A DNA stretch of 64,000 nucleotides from Vicugna vicugna (GCA_013265495.1 MU061326.1:3596001-3660000), one strand, 5' to 3'; numbered from the stretch's first letter, positions 1 to 14,040 are shown. The notes: generated by a model not told the origin, from the sequence alone. Made by a program: numbers and translations.

Positions 1-894
1 TGACCTTTGAATCTTGAGATATGGGTTGATTGGATTATGAGTTAAACTGTGTGCACTCAATCTAACCTATAGGGCCTCAAGGAGCACTTAAGAGAGTTTG
101 TCACTGGTAAAAATCCAAATTGTGTCTGCTCCTTTTTTCTTCTATCTCAATGAAGTTTCCAGATGTAGTGGGTGTGCCTCTTCTTGCTGTGGGTGTCTCT
201 CATCTTGCTTTAGCCTTTGGGAGGTCTTTCAGTTGACTCCTTTGTAATTCCCTTCATGGAAAAGGCCACCTATTCTAATTTATTGCCAAAGGAGAGATCT
301 TCAAATTCCCAAGCATCATCAGGGTGTGGTTGTGAGAAACTGGGCACATAAAACATTTTCTGAAAGATCCGTGGTCTACCCAACACTGTTTATTCTGCAT
401 GTTACCCCCAGGGCAAACAGCCAAAGAAAACAAAGCAGAAGTAAACTTGGGTTTGCTGGGTTCTGTTCTTTGTAGGCTTGCTCTTGTGTTGGTTTTTGTC
501 CTGTCGTTGCACTATGAGCTGCTGTGAAAACTAGCTTCACTGAAGCCATGCTTGGGATTTATCATTTGGTGCTGCCAGGATGGAAGATGGAATCCTCTCC
601 ATCACCCTGTATCTCCTTTATGCTGACCTTAGGAAAAATTCCTATTAGGCTTGTGGGCCAGCAGAAGCTTCCCCAGGGTAGTTGGTTATGCCTTTTTATC
701 TTACAGTCACTGTTTCCTCAAAATATGTATCTCCCTCTTTGGTTTGGCTGATAGGAAGCTCAGAGACAAATCTGTGGTCCATTTACAGCAAAATGTTTAC
801 CTGTAACTAAACTTTACCATCCTGCTTGCAATTTTTGCTTTGTCCTTATTTCCTTTTCCATTCAGTTTTTTTTATATATATATAATATTGGATT

Positions 895-1116
895 TAGGAT
901 TTCTCCACCTCAGAGCCACTGACATCCGGGGCTGAATAATTCTTTCTTGTGGGGATCTGCCCTGTGCTTTGTAAGATGTTTAGCAACATCACTAGCCTCT
1001 TCCCACTAGTAGCAACCCCATCCCATGCCTAGTTGAGTTGTAACAAGCAAAAATTTCTCCAGACATTTCCAGATGTTCCCCAGAGAGCAAAATCACCCCT
1101 TGGTTGAGAACCATTG
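895..1116 (-). mobile_element. MER20 (hAT-Charlie) non-autonomous DNA transposon
   Basis: Matches the reverse complement of the recalled MER20 consensus along its length (gatgtttagcaacatc...aaaatttctccagacatt...ggttgagaaccattg), with degenerate TIRs. Confidence 0.85.
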
Positions 1117-3464
1117 GATTGTATGTATTTATGTCATCACTAAAACATTTTTGACTATAAGGCAATATTATATAAAATGTTAACTTAATAAGTAATGGAA
1201 TGAATAAGCATTAAACAGGTGAAAAAAATGGGGAAGGGAGTATTTATATATGGACCTAGAAATTGGAGCCTTCGTAATTTGCCCCAGCATCATTGTAACA
1301 ACGCTGAACTCCAGCCAGTATATTCATCTGGTGGTTCTAGATCAGACGGAATTTGGCCCATGGAAAGTGTCATGTTTTCAAAGAGGGAAGCTTCTGTAGC
1401 AGAGAAATAGGGAGCATATAATAGACCAGGCTTTTTTGGGTCCGGCCACTCCACTCGTTTAAGAACCAAGAAGAAGTGGGGCAGATTAGCTGCCATCAGA
1501 TCAGGGCACCAGCCATGCCCCACATCCACGCAAAGGCAGAGCTCCTCCAGTGCTTCCCTGCCCGGTCGAGTGTGGTCCCTTCAGAAGATGGGGAAGTGGA
1601 GGAAAAACAAGGTGGAGAACAAGAGTGGGTCATAGAGATTCTCAAATTGGGACACAGAACTGGGTTATTTGGCACTTTGTGTGTGTGTGTGGGGGGGTAC
1701 CTTATTGCTTCTAAAGACTATTTTAAGGCTGCCTTATGTGCTAATACCATTGTGCACCCCTTGAGGAACTTGCCTCTGGCCAGCAGTGGGTAATGGAAAT
1801 TTTGTACTTTTGAGAATTTTTTGTGAAAGACCATTAAAGTTGTCTATCATCCCAGGAAACATCTACTAAGTTTTCCCAAGCCAGAGCTCAAGAATAATAG
1901 GTGCCTCTAGTGCCTGGGAGAACATTTCAAGATGCCTGTTCCAATTTTTCTCATGGTAATGCAGATTTAGTCATGCAGGAGTGTGTTTTGTCTGTGTGTG
2001 TGCATGTGTGTTTTAACTACACTTCAGGCTAAGAGATGCTGCATCAGAGTAAATAATTGAGCTATCCGTGATTTCTGCCTGTTGAGATAGTGACAGAGAG
2101 TGCAGTTTTGCCCTTTGCTTGAAGAAACATGATTTTATTTGGCTTTCAGGCACATTCCTCTACAATGGAAGCACAATGTAGTTTTTCTTTTTTTATCGCA
2201 AGATGGCTGAAGTGAAGGTGTGGAGAAACACTTAGAAGTACCTTTAAAAGCAGAGCTATAAAACGCAGGTCCACATTCTTCGTGACTTGGATGTCCAGAA
2301 CTTGCTGACACCTGTGCATGGACTTTTTTGTATCAAGGGTAAGCAAAGAGTTGTTCAAGAAACAGTTTCCTTAGTTTAAAATCAGGTCATGTCTTTTATT
2401 TTTTTGTTAGGAAGCAAGTGGTGACCCTTCACCTCCCAACTCCAGGGTTCTCCAGGGATGGCCCTTAATGGAGCTGTATCAGGATGTGAATATTAGGAGA
2501 GTTTGGATTGCGAAGGGACCGGCCACTGGCTACAGAAATCTTCCCAAAATGGTGTTTTGGCTAATCGCACAATCTTGTTTTGTTTTCAGTCTTCCCTATT
2601 TGACAGAAAGCATTGTTTTGCTATACTCTACACACAATATCTAGCACTGCGCCAGATGCATTGTACGTATTTAATATATATTTGGATCAATTTGTATTTA
2701 GTGATATGGACAGTATGCAAAGGTTACCCCCAAAAGGCATAGGATATATTCCTAACAGTTGTTCCAGATTTCTGAGAACCTATGTCGTATCGTGTAGCAG
2801 TTAGGGTCATCCTAGAAATGGACTCCGAGGTGGAGTTGGGTGTTTGGGATGTTTAGCAGGGAGTGGCTCTGGAGCTGAAGTGTCATCAGCGTTGTTCTGT
2901 GGGGCCAAAATGGCTGGGCCTTTATATTCTTGTCTTTGGGTATGGGTCATCACTGGAAGGGCATGACCTTGGGTGAGGCAGCTCCCTACCATGGAGGTGA
3001 CCCTTGAAGGGTTGAGGGAACAGCTGAAGGCATCTGCCGACAATACTCCCAACAGCTGGGCCCATCTGCACGTGCCTCTCTGTGTCCACTGCATGCCAGC
3101 TTACTCCATCAGGTGCTTTGTGTCTATTATCTCTTGTCTTTACTGTTATCCTTAAAGTAATTTAATATTTCCATCAATTTATGGATGTGGAAACTGAAAT
3201 TCTGAGAGGTTAAATACTTGCCTAAGAATGAGTAGATGGGTCAATAGATAGATGGATAGATAGACCAACCGACCTTGTTAAATATTTAAATCCAGCCCTT
3301 AGTTCAAAAGCCTGTGTGCTTTGAGTTTCTTTCAAGAATGGATCAACCAGTTTAGAAGAGGGGCATGAATTGGGAGTCAGGAGATGGTCAGCTGGCTCTG
3401 CCACTGACTCCAAGTGTGACCTCCATTGTCAAGTTGTCTAATATATGTGGAGCTAAAATGAGCT

Positions 3465-3590
3465 TTGAAGCACACAAATCACTCAGGAATCTTGTTAAAA
3501 TGCAGATTCTGATCCAGTAGGTCCTGGGGGGGGGTCCTGAGTTTCTGCATTTCTAGCAAGTGTTCAGGTGATGCCAATGAAGCTGCTGGT
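3465..3590 (-). mobile_element. MER5A-type hAT fragment
   Basis: atcactcaggaatcttgttaaaatgcagattctgatccagtaggtc...ctgcatttctagcaag is the typical MER5A core. Confidence 0.65.
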
Positions 3591-3799
3591 ATCTGAGGTT
3601 TTGGAAGACCCTAAGTCTTCTCCAGCTCTGAAATTCAGTGGGTCCCAAAGATGTTGGAACAGTTCTTCCTTACAGAAGAATTTCAGCTGATAAATACAGA
3701 AGAAATTAAGGAAATAGAAAATCACCATTAGAACACCCCAATAATAAGTGTTTCGGGTAAGATCTTTCGATGGGTGCTAAAATTAGAAGATAAAAGTTT

Positions 3800-4376
3800 G
3801 AGGAGAAACATGATATCTGCATACTATCAAAGCATCTCCCTCTGAGTATGTACTGATTACAGAGGGAGAAAAAAACAAGTTTATAGCAGAAACAACCTTA
3901 ATCAAGTGATCAAAGTTGATATCACCACTAATAAAGCATGTTGACCTCCATGTAGGATGCACTGAGAGGGGCACATCACTAGTGTGTATACTTGTGCAAA
4001 ACACACAACAATCCAATCATGAGAAAGTATTAGAGGAATTGAGGAATATTCTACAAGGTGACTGATAAGAACTCTGGAAGAGTGTCAAGGTCAGGAAAAA
4101 CAAGGAAAGACTGTGGAATTACTACAGATTAGAGGAGACCAATGAGACATGACAAATACAATGGGTGATCTTAGACTGGGTCCTGGAACAGAAAAAGGAA
4201 CAGCAAAACATGCAAATAGAGTCTCCAGTTTATAGCATTGCACAAATATTTAGTTTTGACAAATGCATCATCATAATGATCAGGGCTTACCTGGAAGTAA
4301 ACTGGAACTCTGTTCTGTTTGCAACTTTTCTGTAAGTCTCAATTACTTAAAAATAAAAAGTAAAAAAAAAAAAAAG
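3800..4376 (+). mobile_element. Old L1 3' end (L1MC/L1ME-like)
   Basis: caaagttgatatcacc, gtcaaggtcaggaaaaacaaggaaagactgtggaa and gcaacttttctgtaagtct, followed by an A-rich tail at 4350-4376. Confidence 0.65.
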
Positions 4377-4620
4377 ATTAAACAAATCTATAGGTATATT
4401 CTTTAAAACTTTTTTGAGACATTTTTATAAACAAAAGCATGTATACAGTAGGTTTGTTTAGACTTTACATGTCCCATTGCTTGCAAATAATGATGATTTT
4501 GCTCTTAATTTTTTATTATTTATGCCCCCCCCAAAAAAGCTAGAACTCAGGCAATTTGAAACCGTTGTGATGATCTTTGATATTTTGATAGCGTTACTGA
4601 TCTAGAGGTTTTACAGTCAA

Positions 4621-4840
4621 AAATAATAGCAAACATCTACCGTGTTTACTGCCAACCAGGCACTATGCTAAATGCTTTAAATGCCTTATTTCATTATTCT
4701 TCACAATAACCCTATTATTATCATGAATTTATGAAAAAAAACTATTTAGAGAAGTAAAATAGCTTCTTCAAGTATACGTAGTAATTTGTGAAGCCAGGAT
4801 TTGAACCAAGGTTATCTAAGTCCAGGACCTAAGTTTTTAG
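4621..4840 (-). mobile_element. MIR SINE
   Basis: ccaggcactatgctaaatgcttta...cacaataaccctatt...gccaggatttgaaccaagg matches the reverse-complement MIR. Confidence 0.7.
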
Positions 4841-6559
4841 TTACATTGTCTATAACACTGCTTAATGTTAACCACTGATTTCAGACAGGTTCATTTTTAA
4901 CCTGGAAGAGTATCATCGTGGAACCAACGAGTTAAAGATGAGATTAGAGTGACCAAGGAATCAATCAATGGCATGTGACCCCCAACTCAGTACAGGCAAA
5001 GGTGTCCAGGGAAGGTGGGTGTCCTGGGCAGCCCCTCGAAATCCTGGCCCTGAGCCACTGAGGTTGAGGAGGGTGGGGGATGAAGGATTTGGTACCTGTC
5101 TCTGAGCAGCCCCACAGGCAACTGTGGTCTCGCTCCCCGGCTTCACTTGGTGGGCAGCTGGCTAGGTTTGCTTGGGCAGAAGGAAGGAGGTCGCTACTGA
5201 CTCTGCGTTTGCACAATCAATACAGAGAAAAGAAAAAGAAAAATTGGTTCTTCTGTTCCTCCCAGACTTCCTCGGGGCATCCACTGCTCTGACGACACAG
5301 ATGTCCCCGGGGCCCCAAGCAGAGGCTGGAGGAGTGAGTGGTGTTGAGAGACCAAAAGACCTCAGTAATCTGGACAGAATCGCTACCTCAGTGCACTACC
5401 TATGTCTTTTTACCTCCAGTTGAGCCTCAGGGAGGATAACATTTATCTCGTTAGATTATTACATGACATACAGTTTATATTATTTAGTGCTTGGCACACA
5501 GAAAGATTGATTTGCACTTCCATTTGATAAATATGGGCAAACAATAAGAAATCTTAACTGAAGATACTTGAGGAGAAGTAGCACGTCGAATTGGTGGAGG
5601 AGATGTGGAGAGTTCAGAGAAAACGGATAATTAAACAGAAGGGACATTTAAACACACCTCAGTGAGCAGTCTCAAGGAGAGCTGAGAGGGATATTGTGCT
5701 AAGAAATAGACTGCGATGAAGAAGGAAATTGAGATTTTGATTGCCGAAAGAGTCCCACCAATATTGGCAACAAATACCAATTAAACACTGCTGAAAATTG
5801 AAGTGGGGACTTAGAAACTAATTTAAGGAGTTTTCATGGAACATAGAGTGAAAATATAAATAAATAGGAATTATAAAAGATGTGACTGAGAGGATAGATT
5901 TAGTGTATCTAACATATGTCTATTCCCCTCATCCACTCTAACTTGCAGCAGATGGAGAAGTAGTAATATTTAAAGACATATAGAAGAAAATTATCTGCGC
6001 TAAAGAAAGATTTGAGGTTTCTGCTGAAAAAGCCCTCCCGAGCTACATAGGGCGTTGAAAAAGACATGCACATATACATATCCTAACAATATGTTTTAAT
6101 TTCACGGGTAAAAAGAATCATCTTATAAACATTTAAGTTTTTAAAAATGGACGAGACCAGTAGTGCTATCAAATCGTTCATTTGCCATGCTGACTACCTG
6201 ATGCCAATGGAACAAGATTCACCGGTGTTGTAAGCCTAGAGTACTTCATATAGACAAGCTAGTATTTGTACAGCACAAAAAATATATATACTTTATGACG
6301 TGTCAATACTTAGGAAATATTCTATCAATGCATTATTTCCAGGAAAAATGTTTAAGGAAGTATACCACTCATTAAAATCCATCAGTGGAAGGGAAAGAGA
6401 AGGCACTGCATGAAACAGTTATAAGCATTAAAACTGGTGATTTCATAGAGAAGCCATCATATGTTTTGAAACATATATTTGTGGAACTTTAGTATAACTA
6501 TGAACAAAAAATCCCCAAATCATAATAATCTGAAACTGAGGTTCCAACTGAGTTTTCAA

Positions 6560-7110
6560 AAAATTATACAGTGGAGAAGTAAATATTTCATTTTTGAGAG
6601 TTTTATATTACTCCTGACTCTTTTTTTATAGACTCTTGTTCTTGTTTCATGGACCAATTCTCTCATATAAGGGTATAACATTATTTTGTTTTTCATTGCT
6701 AGTTTTCCTTGATGTCTGTTCCTTCCAAATTCTTTTAGTATGTCTATTTGTTTGTTTTCATCTCTGTATTTCCTATTAGAAGCCTTCTTCAAATATCTGG
6801 TCCTCCTTGGCTGTCTAGTCACATTTAAGAATGAGCCTTAGTCTATCAGTTGGTGGACCCTACTTCAACAAAGAGCCCTCTAATCCTCCCATATGTAGGT
6901 GTTTTCCCTTGGGCTGGTCATTTTCTCTCAGAGAAGAAACCTCCAGACTCTATCTTGTTGGTCTGACCTTGACTGCCAGAGTTCTGGGAACTCTCCCGGA
7001 GCAGACAGGGGTCAGCATCCTTTAGCTCAGTAATGCACCTTTCCCGTCTTCCATGCCTGGTGCTTCAAAGGCTGGAGCTGCTTTTCAAAAATTCCCTCTG
7101 AAAATAGACT
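6560..7110 (-). mobile_element. Very old L1/HAL1-like fragment
   Basis: T-rich strand with ttagaagccttcttcaaatatctggtcctccttggctgtc, resembling the 5'/ORF1 region of ancient L1M; boundaries approximate. Confidence 0.4.
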
Positions 7111-7509
7111 TTCTATTTATTGCTGCAGTAGGGAAGAGGCAGACTTTCCCTACACTTTCTCTTATTTTTGGCCCCCTCTTCACCTCTCCCTTTCAGTTCT
7201 TTGATTCTGTGATGTGAACTGGCTTGCTTCCTGCTGACTGCCCTTTCTTTGGTCTCTGCCCTTTTTTGTTTGTTTTTAAACTCCTTATCCCCACACCATC
7301 TATTGTTCAAAAAAAGTGTGTGAATTATCTCTCACTCATTGTCATGATCCCTTATATTTTCTTGTTCTTGTGGCTTTGTGGCTTTTGAAGTCTTCTCCTG
7401 TCTCGTCAGCTTGGAAGGAGGGAGCCGAGCTAAGACAGCGTGCATTCCCTATTTATGCATATCAATAACCTTAGGGGTAACATTTCCTCCAAAATAGCCA
7501 TCCTCCCCT

Positions 7510-8230
7510 AAAAAGAAAGTCTTGTTAAGATTTTGATTGAAATTACATTAAATCCGTACATTATTTTGAGGGGGAGGAAAAAAGATTTCTTTTTGCTATG
7601 CGGTTTTTCCGTCTGGGAATCTACATTCAGCTCAAGTGTCTTCTGCAGCATCTTGTAGTTTTCTCTGTATGGGTCGTGCTGATCAAAGGACAGTGGGGAG
7701 TGGAAAGACTTTGAAGAGGCTTTGAAGAAGGACAAAGGTTCCTGGCCTGACTCGGCTGAGAGCTGTGTGGCATCTGACAATTTACTCAATTGTCCTGACC
7801 TCATTTTCTGCAGATCCCAATGGGACATGACAGCCACCTGGTAGAGTTGAGAGAATCAGGAGTCTTTGTAAAGCATACAGCATTGAGATAAAAAATAATA
7901 GTTCTTATTTACTATTTCATTAGTATAAGATACTTCCAAGTCCATGCCTATGTATTCTATGTTTTTTGTTGTTAAGGTAAATGGGAAATTTACTTTCAGT
8001 ATTTTGCTTTTTGTTTGCTTGTTTGTTTGTTTTGTTTTGTTTTGTTTTTGCATATATATTTTATACACTAGACACAGATGGTATTTTATTGAAGTGTAAG
8101 TATTTTGCTTTTTGATAGTTGTTAGAAAAGCAATTTCTCTTTGGAGAACTATCTTTAATCCTGATATGTGACTTGAATTCCATATCAGTTCTAATAGTGT
8201 TTTTTAAATCAATTCTTGGGCTTGAAAATA
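7510..8230 (-). mobile_element. Degraded L1 ORF2 fragments
   Basis: gattttgattgaaattacattaaatccgtac and gttgttaaggtaaatggg are antisense L1 ORF2 signatures; boundaries approximate. Confidence 0.55.
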
Positions 8231-8524
8231 ATGAGGAAATTTCCAGAGTGCCCTATATTTGCGTGCAGACAAGCAGGAGTGTTAAACTATGCTGGGGCAT
8301 CTCTTAATTGGGGCTCCACCAAAGGCCAGGTCACAGTCCTGCTGAAGGTCTCTCTTCTGTCACAGCTACTATCATTGGTTGATGGTCAGATGGATTTTTG
8401 CCGAATAATGTTTCTCACATAGTGAAAAAAGAAAATTATTCTCCAGACATGTTAAGGGTTATCTTTTTTCTTTTAAAAATTGTATAAACTTTGAAATATA
8501 AAAAGAAGGTATGTATTGGCAGAA

Positions 8525-9281
8525 TGTTGCTGGAACACAGCCTCTGTACCTGCTTATGGAACTGAGACTTGAGGACAGAGTTTTGGATGAAGTAGAAAAG
8601 GCAGCTTTATGTCTTTGCCAGGCAAAGGAGGATACAGTGGGATAATGCCTTTAAGATTGTGAGTCTGCTGGGGAGAGAAGGCAGGGGGTTTTATAGTAAG
8701 AGTTCAAGGGGCAGCACTAGTTTCCATACAGATGACTTACAGGGTAACAATTTGTTGCAAAGTTCTCCTTGCTTTTGTAGATGCAGCAGTCCCCTTCCTT
8801 CTGCTGGGTATGGTTTTCACCTCTGGCTTTGAAACTTTTCTAATATCCTTATGCCTAGAACAAAGGTGCTTAGGAAGGAGGTCTGTGGAAAAGTGCTCTA
8901 GAGAAAAACTTGTACCATTTAAAGTCAGGTTGATATGTGCTTCTAGCATTTTTAGCAGGCTGAGGCCTGAGACCTCTTGCTGCAGTGTTTGCAGAGCCTG
9001 GGACAACAGAATACAAAGAAACCATAAGGGGCTAAAAATAACTGCAGACATGTGCAGTTGGGGTGAGTTATGAACAACAGGTTACACAAAACTCCCAACT
9101 GCTGTCTATGAGCTGTTGAGAGCAAAATGAGGGGGATGGGGAGATCACCTGAATTCCCCTCTCCTTTCCAGCCCAATCCTGGTCCACAAAAGCATGAGAA
9201 AAACCTTTTAGGTAATTATACAGTTAAGCTGTTACAAATACCATATGATCACTGATGGCAGTAGGGTCCTGCTCAGTTATA
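8525..9281 (-). mobile_element. Solo ERV1-like LTR (copy A)
   Basis: Plus strand begins tgttgctggaaca and ends ggtcctgctcagttata (TG...CA termini, one decayed). Flanks are agaa/aaaa, a 4-bp TSD with 1 mismatch. Colinear with the copy at 10974-11797. Confidence 0.85.
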
Positions 9282-10973
9282 AAAACTAGAACATTAGAAT
9301 GCCTCTGAATCCACCTGGGTGTGCCCCACTGCCTTCCAGATCTGGAATTCATATTTTGCGTCAAACTCAAAGCTGGGTTTGAAGTCCTTAGTGAGTCTGC
9401 CTTTTGCTTTCAAATCATGCAGTACATCCATGCACCTCTTGAAAAAAAACACCCCCCGCCAAGTGGCTGGTTAGCTGGTAGCATAACCTTCAAAATAAGA
9501 AAAGTGTACTTTGCTCTACCAAATGAGATAACATACAGGCAAGTTCCCAGTAAGTATGAAACTGCACATCAGGGTCTTATGAATATGCACTACACTGCTG
9601 TCAAATTGAACAGCACTTTAAAATGTCCTCAAGGAAATAAAATCGTTTTAAATGAACAATAAACATAAGGGGGTTAAGATTCATGGCAATTGGAAATGGG
9701 AAGAACACATGTCACGTTGGGAACCAAAAAGGTTTAGAACTCACTCGTCAGAGACATTTTTTGGATAAAACACAACGTGAAAAGAAGAACACGCAGAAAG
9801 TGTATAGCAAAATTCGTGAACAGGGAAAACTAATCTACATTATAATGAATTTGAGTTTATTAAAAATGGCTATGTAGTGTTTATGGAAATTGAATTTTAT
9901 TTTGGCAAAAGAATTGTAAATGTTTGTTATTTAAGTACTTTGTATAGTAAACATGTGAAGATCAATTTAAACACGCTTTTGATAGACTTATTGGGTATGT
10001 ATTTCTATATTCATTGAGTAGTAGTATTTTGCTCTTTCTTTGTGATAATTATATTATCTCCAAGATAATAAAAGCTGACAGGCATTTATTGTGGGACACA
10101 GCAAACACCCATTTTATGAAATGGTCTTGATAGAAAACCTCGTACTCACTGGCTTGCTCAGATAGGTCCTGCCAACCTTGTGTGCCCAGTGTAATCTCAC
10201 AGGTGTAATGTTTAACAAATTTATGAATGAATAGAAAAGGCATCTGCTCAATAAAGTCTTTTATTCATAGATGAAGCCACTTGAACTGGCAAGGAACAAC
10301 ATTTCACTTGCCCGTTTCTTGTTTAAGTGTTTAAAACAGTAAGTCCAGAAATGAAGCCTATGACAGCTAGACAAGAAGAAAATTAGCAGCTGCAGTTAAG
10401 TACCTAAGAACATTTAATTAGGGAAAGTAAATTATACCAATTCTGAGCTCTGATGAAAAGGATAGATGATTAGAGAGGGTTTTTTTAATTACGTTTTAAC
10501 AAAGTTATAAAAGAAACACTTGGTATCAAAAGTCTAATACATGAAAGACTATCATATAAAGAAGAAATTATTCATTACAGCACTCTACCATTTTGGTAGA
10601 CTTTCTTTCAGCCTGAGGCCAGAATCTATGGTTTAGTCATCTTCATACTCCCAGTTCTCGCAGGTATCCGGGCCAGGTCAGGTCCTCAATTTAAGTGAAT
10701 GAATGATGGGGCATCCACAAGCCGTTCTTTCTTTCTCATCTCTCTTATTAGCCAATATTAATTAATTATTATTTCTCTTCTCTTTGTACCTATGGAAAGA
10801 TGAAACTAATGAATAAAACTTATAATAAATATGAATGTACTACACATGATGGAATAAAAGTAATAGATATTTCAGCAGTAACTCAACTGTAACATCAGAT
10901 ATATATATATATCTATTTCTATGTTTGGGTCAATTAGTACCAAAAAAGATGAACTGACATTGTAGACCGTCAC

Positions 10974-11797
10974 TGTTGCTGAAACATGGCCTCCATACCC
11001 TGCCTACCAAATTGAGACTTGAGGACAGAGTTTCAGATAAAGTGGAAAAGTCAGCTTTATTTCTTTTCAGCAAGGGAGATAGCAAAGGTCTAAAGCCTCT
11101 AAAACTGGGAGCCTCCTGGGGAGAGAAGGCAGGGGGTTTTATAGTAAGAGGTAAAGGGCTGGAGCTAGTTTCCATAGAGATAGCATACAGGTAACAAATT
11201 GTTACAAAGTTGTTCTTGTTTGTGCAGATCCAGCAGCCCTCTTCCCTCTGCTGGGTATGAAGTTCACCTCTGGCTTTGGGACTCATTTAATATTGTTGTG
11301 CCTTGAACAAAGAACGAATTGGAAGAGGGTCTGTGGGAAAATGCTCTGAAGAAAAACTTGTGCAGTTTAAGGTCAGATTGATAAATGCTTCTAGCACTTT
11401 AGCTGGGCTGAGGACTGAGACCTCTTGCTGCAGGCTCAGATCTGCACCTCAAGCAATAGGATACAAAGGAACCATAAGGGGCTAAAAATAACTGCATACA
11501 TGTGCAGTGGGGGAGAGTTATGAGCAACAAGATGCACAAAACACCTGAGTGCTGTTTCTGAGGTGTTGGAGTCAAGAGGAGGACACTGGAGGCAAGAGTA
11601 GGGCACTGAGCATGATCCCTGCACACAGCACCATGAGAGGGTTTGTGTGGACCACCCAAGCCTCCCTCCTCTCCAGCCTAACCCCGGTCAGCAAGAGCAC
11701 AAGAAAAACCGTTTGAATCACTATACAGTTAAGCAGTTACAAACACCATTACAGATGTCAGATGGTCACCAATGACAATGGGTCCTGCTCAGTTACA
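10974..11797 (-). mobile_element. Solo ERV1-like LTR (copy B, same family as 8525-9281)
   Basis: tgttgctgaaaca...ggtcctgctcagttaca with a perfect 4-bp TSD TCAC (10970-10973 / 11798-11801). Confidence 0.9.
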
Positions 11798-11860
11798 TCA
11801 CCAGTGAGGAAATGTATTGAGTACTAACTAGTAACTTCATGGTTCATTTCTGAAACCTTT

Positions 11861-12258
11861 TGTGGCAGTCCCTGAAACAGTGATCACTTATTTCTGGCTC
11901 TCTGTCTTCCAGGCATGGAATAGGATTGCACTTCCCTGCACACTGAGGTTAGATGTGGTCATGTGACTTACACTGGCTGATGGCATTTGAGTGGAAGTGA
12001 TCTGCATTTTCTCTAGGGTGAGATTTATGAAGCTGTTCACCACATTCTTTTTCCACACAGAGGTGATTGGGAAAGCATGTGTCACTCTGAACCTACCATC
12101 ACTGTCTGTTCCTGATACACAGACTTCCCCTACCAACCTGGATTTGACATGTACTGTGACTCAGAAAAGAAACGTTGGTTGTATTAAGCCCATGAGGTCT
12201 GAGGAGGGGAGGTTTTATTTGTTACCACAGTGTAATTTACCCTGCGCTGACTGATACA
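11861..12258 (+). mobile_element. Old MaLR LTR (MLT1I/J-like)
   Basis: tgtggcag...gtggtcatgtgactta...ttgtattaagcccatgagg...tttgttaccacagtgta...ctgactgataca, with the MLT1 3' terminus. Confidence 0.75.
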
Positions 12259-12831
12259 CATTCACTCACAACTGATGCACATCCATACACAATGGGCACT
12301 GTGCTAGGTATAGTGGAAGCCAATACTCATAAAATTGCATCTGCAGAGGAGTTTCCATTCAAATAAAAGAGGCAGATGCACAAAAAAAGTACTAGTCAAC
12401 ATATAGGAGTATAACAGATCAAATATTTATAGGATGGATTAAAGGTTGTGGGAGATGTTGCTTCAGGCAGAGTGCCTTGAATTAAAAATCTTTAAACTCT
12501 GGAGACTTCATAGTTGAAAACAAATTCTTACTAGTAGCTTCTATCAAATACTCAGAAGATATTCTACCAGCAGACTCATTCCTCTGGCTATATTAAGACA
12601 AGAGTATGAAAAATGGAAATTTTTTCACATTTGGTATATAAATTTTCTCTGAATGTACTATTAAGATACTAACTTTGGCTCACATCAGTATGAAACCATT
12701 GCTCTACTCTTAAGCTAATTAATTACTGTATGAAATTTTGCAGTGAATTGCTCTGTCACAGGGTTTATTTTTATAAGAGTAGAATTGATATGTTCTTTTC
12801 AAAGTCAAATTCACTTGCATCCACAGATATA

Positions 12832-13060
12832 TAGAGCACAGATTTTGACCTTAGTCTGGACTGAGTTCTTGGCTTCCCTACTGAGGAAATGTGACGTCTT
12901 AGGCTAGTCACTCTCATGTATAAAAGTTTTAGTTTTTCTGTCCATACAGTGGAAGTAATAAAGCTCCCATCTTTGGAGCTTCTTGTGAGCGTTGATGAAG
13001 TCAGAAAGCACTTCTGTGCACATGCTTTATTTATAATAATTACTCAAGAAATGTTTATTG
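12832..13060 (+). mobile_element. Degraded MIR
   Basis: gagcacagattttgacc...gtgacgtcttaggctagtcac...agtttttctgtccatacagtggaagtaataa. Confidence 0.5.
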
Positions 13061-13572
13061 AAGAGTACTAATTTGTATTGTTATTCATTGCATTTTCTCT
13101 TTCTGTCACATTGCTTCCAATATTTCTTAAAAGGCAGTAAGTGTTGACCCATATGGGTGATTGTTAATATTCATAAACAATAAAGTAAGGTATTAGAAAC
13201 ACGTTGGTTTTCCAGTGTTCTTTGAGATTCTTTTATTCGTGATTTTAAGTGAATGACTTAAATATTTTTCTTACATGTTTATTGTAGGCCTTTTAGAAAA
13301 TATAGACAAAAAGATTCAAGTAACAAGGAAACAAAGACTAGCAAAAACAATCAAGTAAAAAGAACTTACTCATTATCTTAAGATCTAGAATTACTATTAA
13401 TACTTTGGTGGATGCAAAGCAGCATCTATTCATGTATGGGTGTGGGTGTACACAAAATATGTTTGATATATATTTTAAATGAAAAAAGGATTATGCTCTG
13501 CTTTTCAAAAATTTAATACTTCATAAACACCTTCCACATGAATATTCTGCACAGTCTTTTTCCATGGCTGCA

Positions 13573-14040
13573 TGTGCTGCGTATCTTCCGCTGCCCCCCA
13601 CCCTCCGCCAAATCCTCCTCTACCCTTTCGTCCTGCCTCTGCCTAGCAACTGGCAGGAGTGGACCAATCAGGGGGCTCCTTTGCCCTCTGGGTTCACCCA
13701 ATGGGGAGCACAGTAGGAGATCAGAGAGGAGAGGGCAAGCAAGACAGTGGTATTTATTCCACTGCTACCTTCCTATGAGGTCACGGGGTAGGGGGCGGTT
13801 GCTGAGTCCCCTACCTAGGTCACAGCTCCAGTCAGTCACTCCCACCCAGCTACGTCTCTCTGGGTCTAATTACATCCCCTCCAGGCATAACAGTGCAGCC
13901 CCTCTGCTACCAGTCCCAGGATCCTGCACCACACTTTTTGGTTTGCTTAATTTTGTAAATGGTCCCTTTAAAAAAATCATCTTGAAACTACCCAATTTGA
14001 GTGTTCCATTTAGTTCCTCCCAGGATTCTTGATTTATACC
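13573..14040 (+). mobile_element. LTR33-like ERVL solo LTR
   Basis: Starts tgtgctgcgtatcttccgctgcccc; contains ggctcctttgccctctggg, caatgggagcac, ggtatttattcc and acccaatttgagtgttccatt, as in recalled LTR33. Confidence 0.8.

Noticed and set aside
1290-1393. Minus-strand possible terminal exon EASLFENMTLSMGQIPSDLEPPDEYTGWSSALLQ*
   Set aside because: The acceptor is plausible, but I do not recognise the peptide and there are no supporting upstream exons or clear poly(A) context.
8732-11659. Similar ORFs in two places (SVEKCSREKLVPFKVRL / SVGKCSEEKLVQFKVRL)
   Set aside because: The similarity reflects the two paralogous LTRs; frames and stops are not conserved between copies.
13538-14032. 164-aa ORF, the longest plus-strand ORF in the track
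   Set aside because: It almost coincides with the LTR33-like element and has no recognisable protein character.
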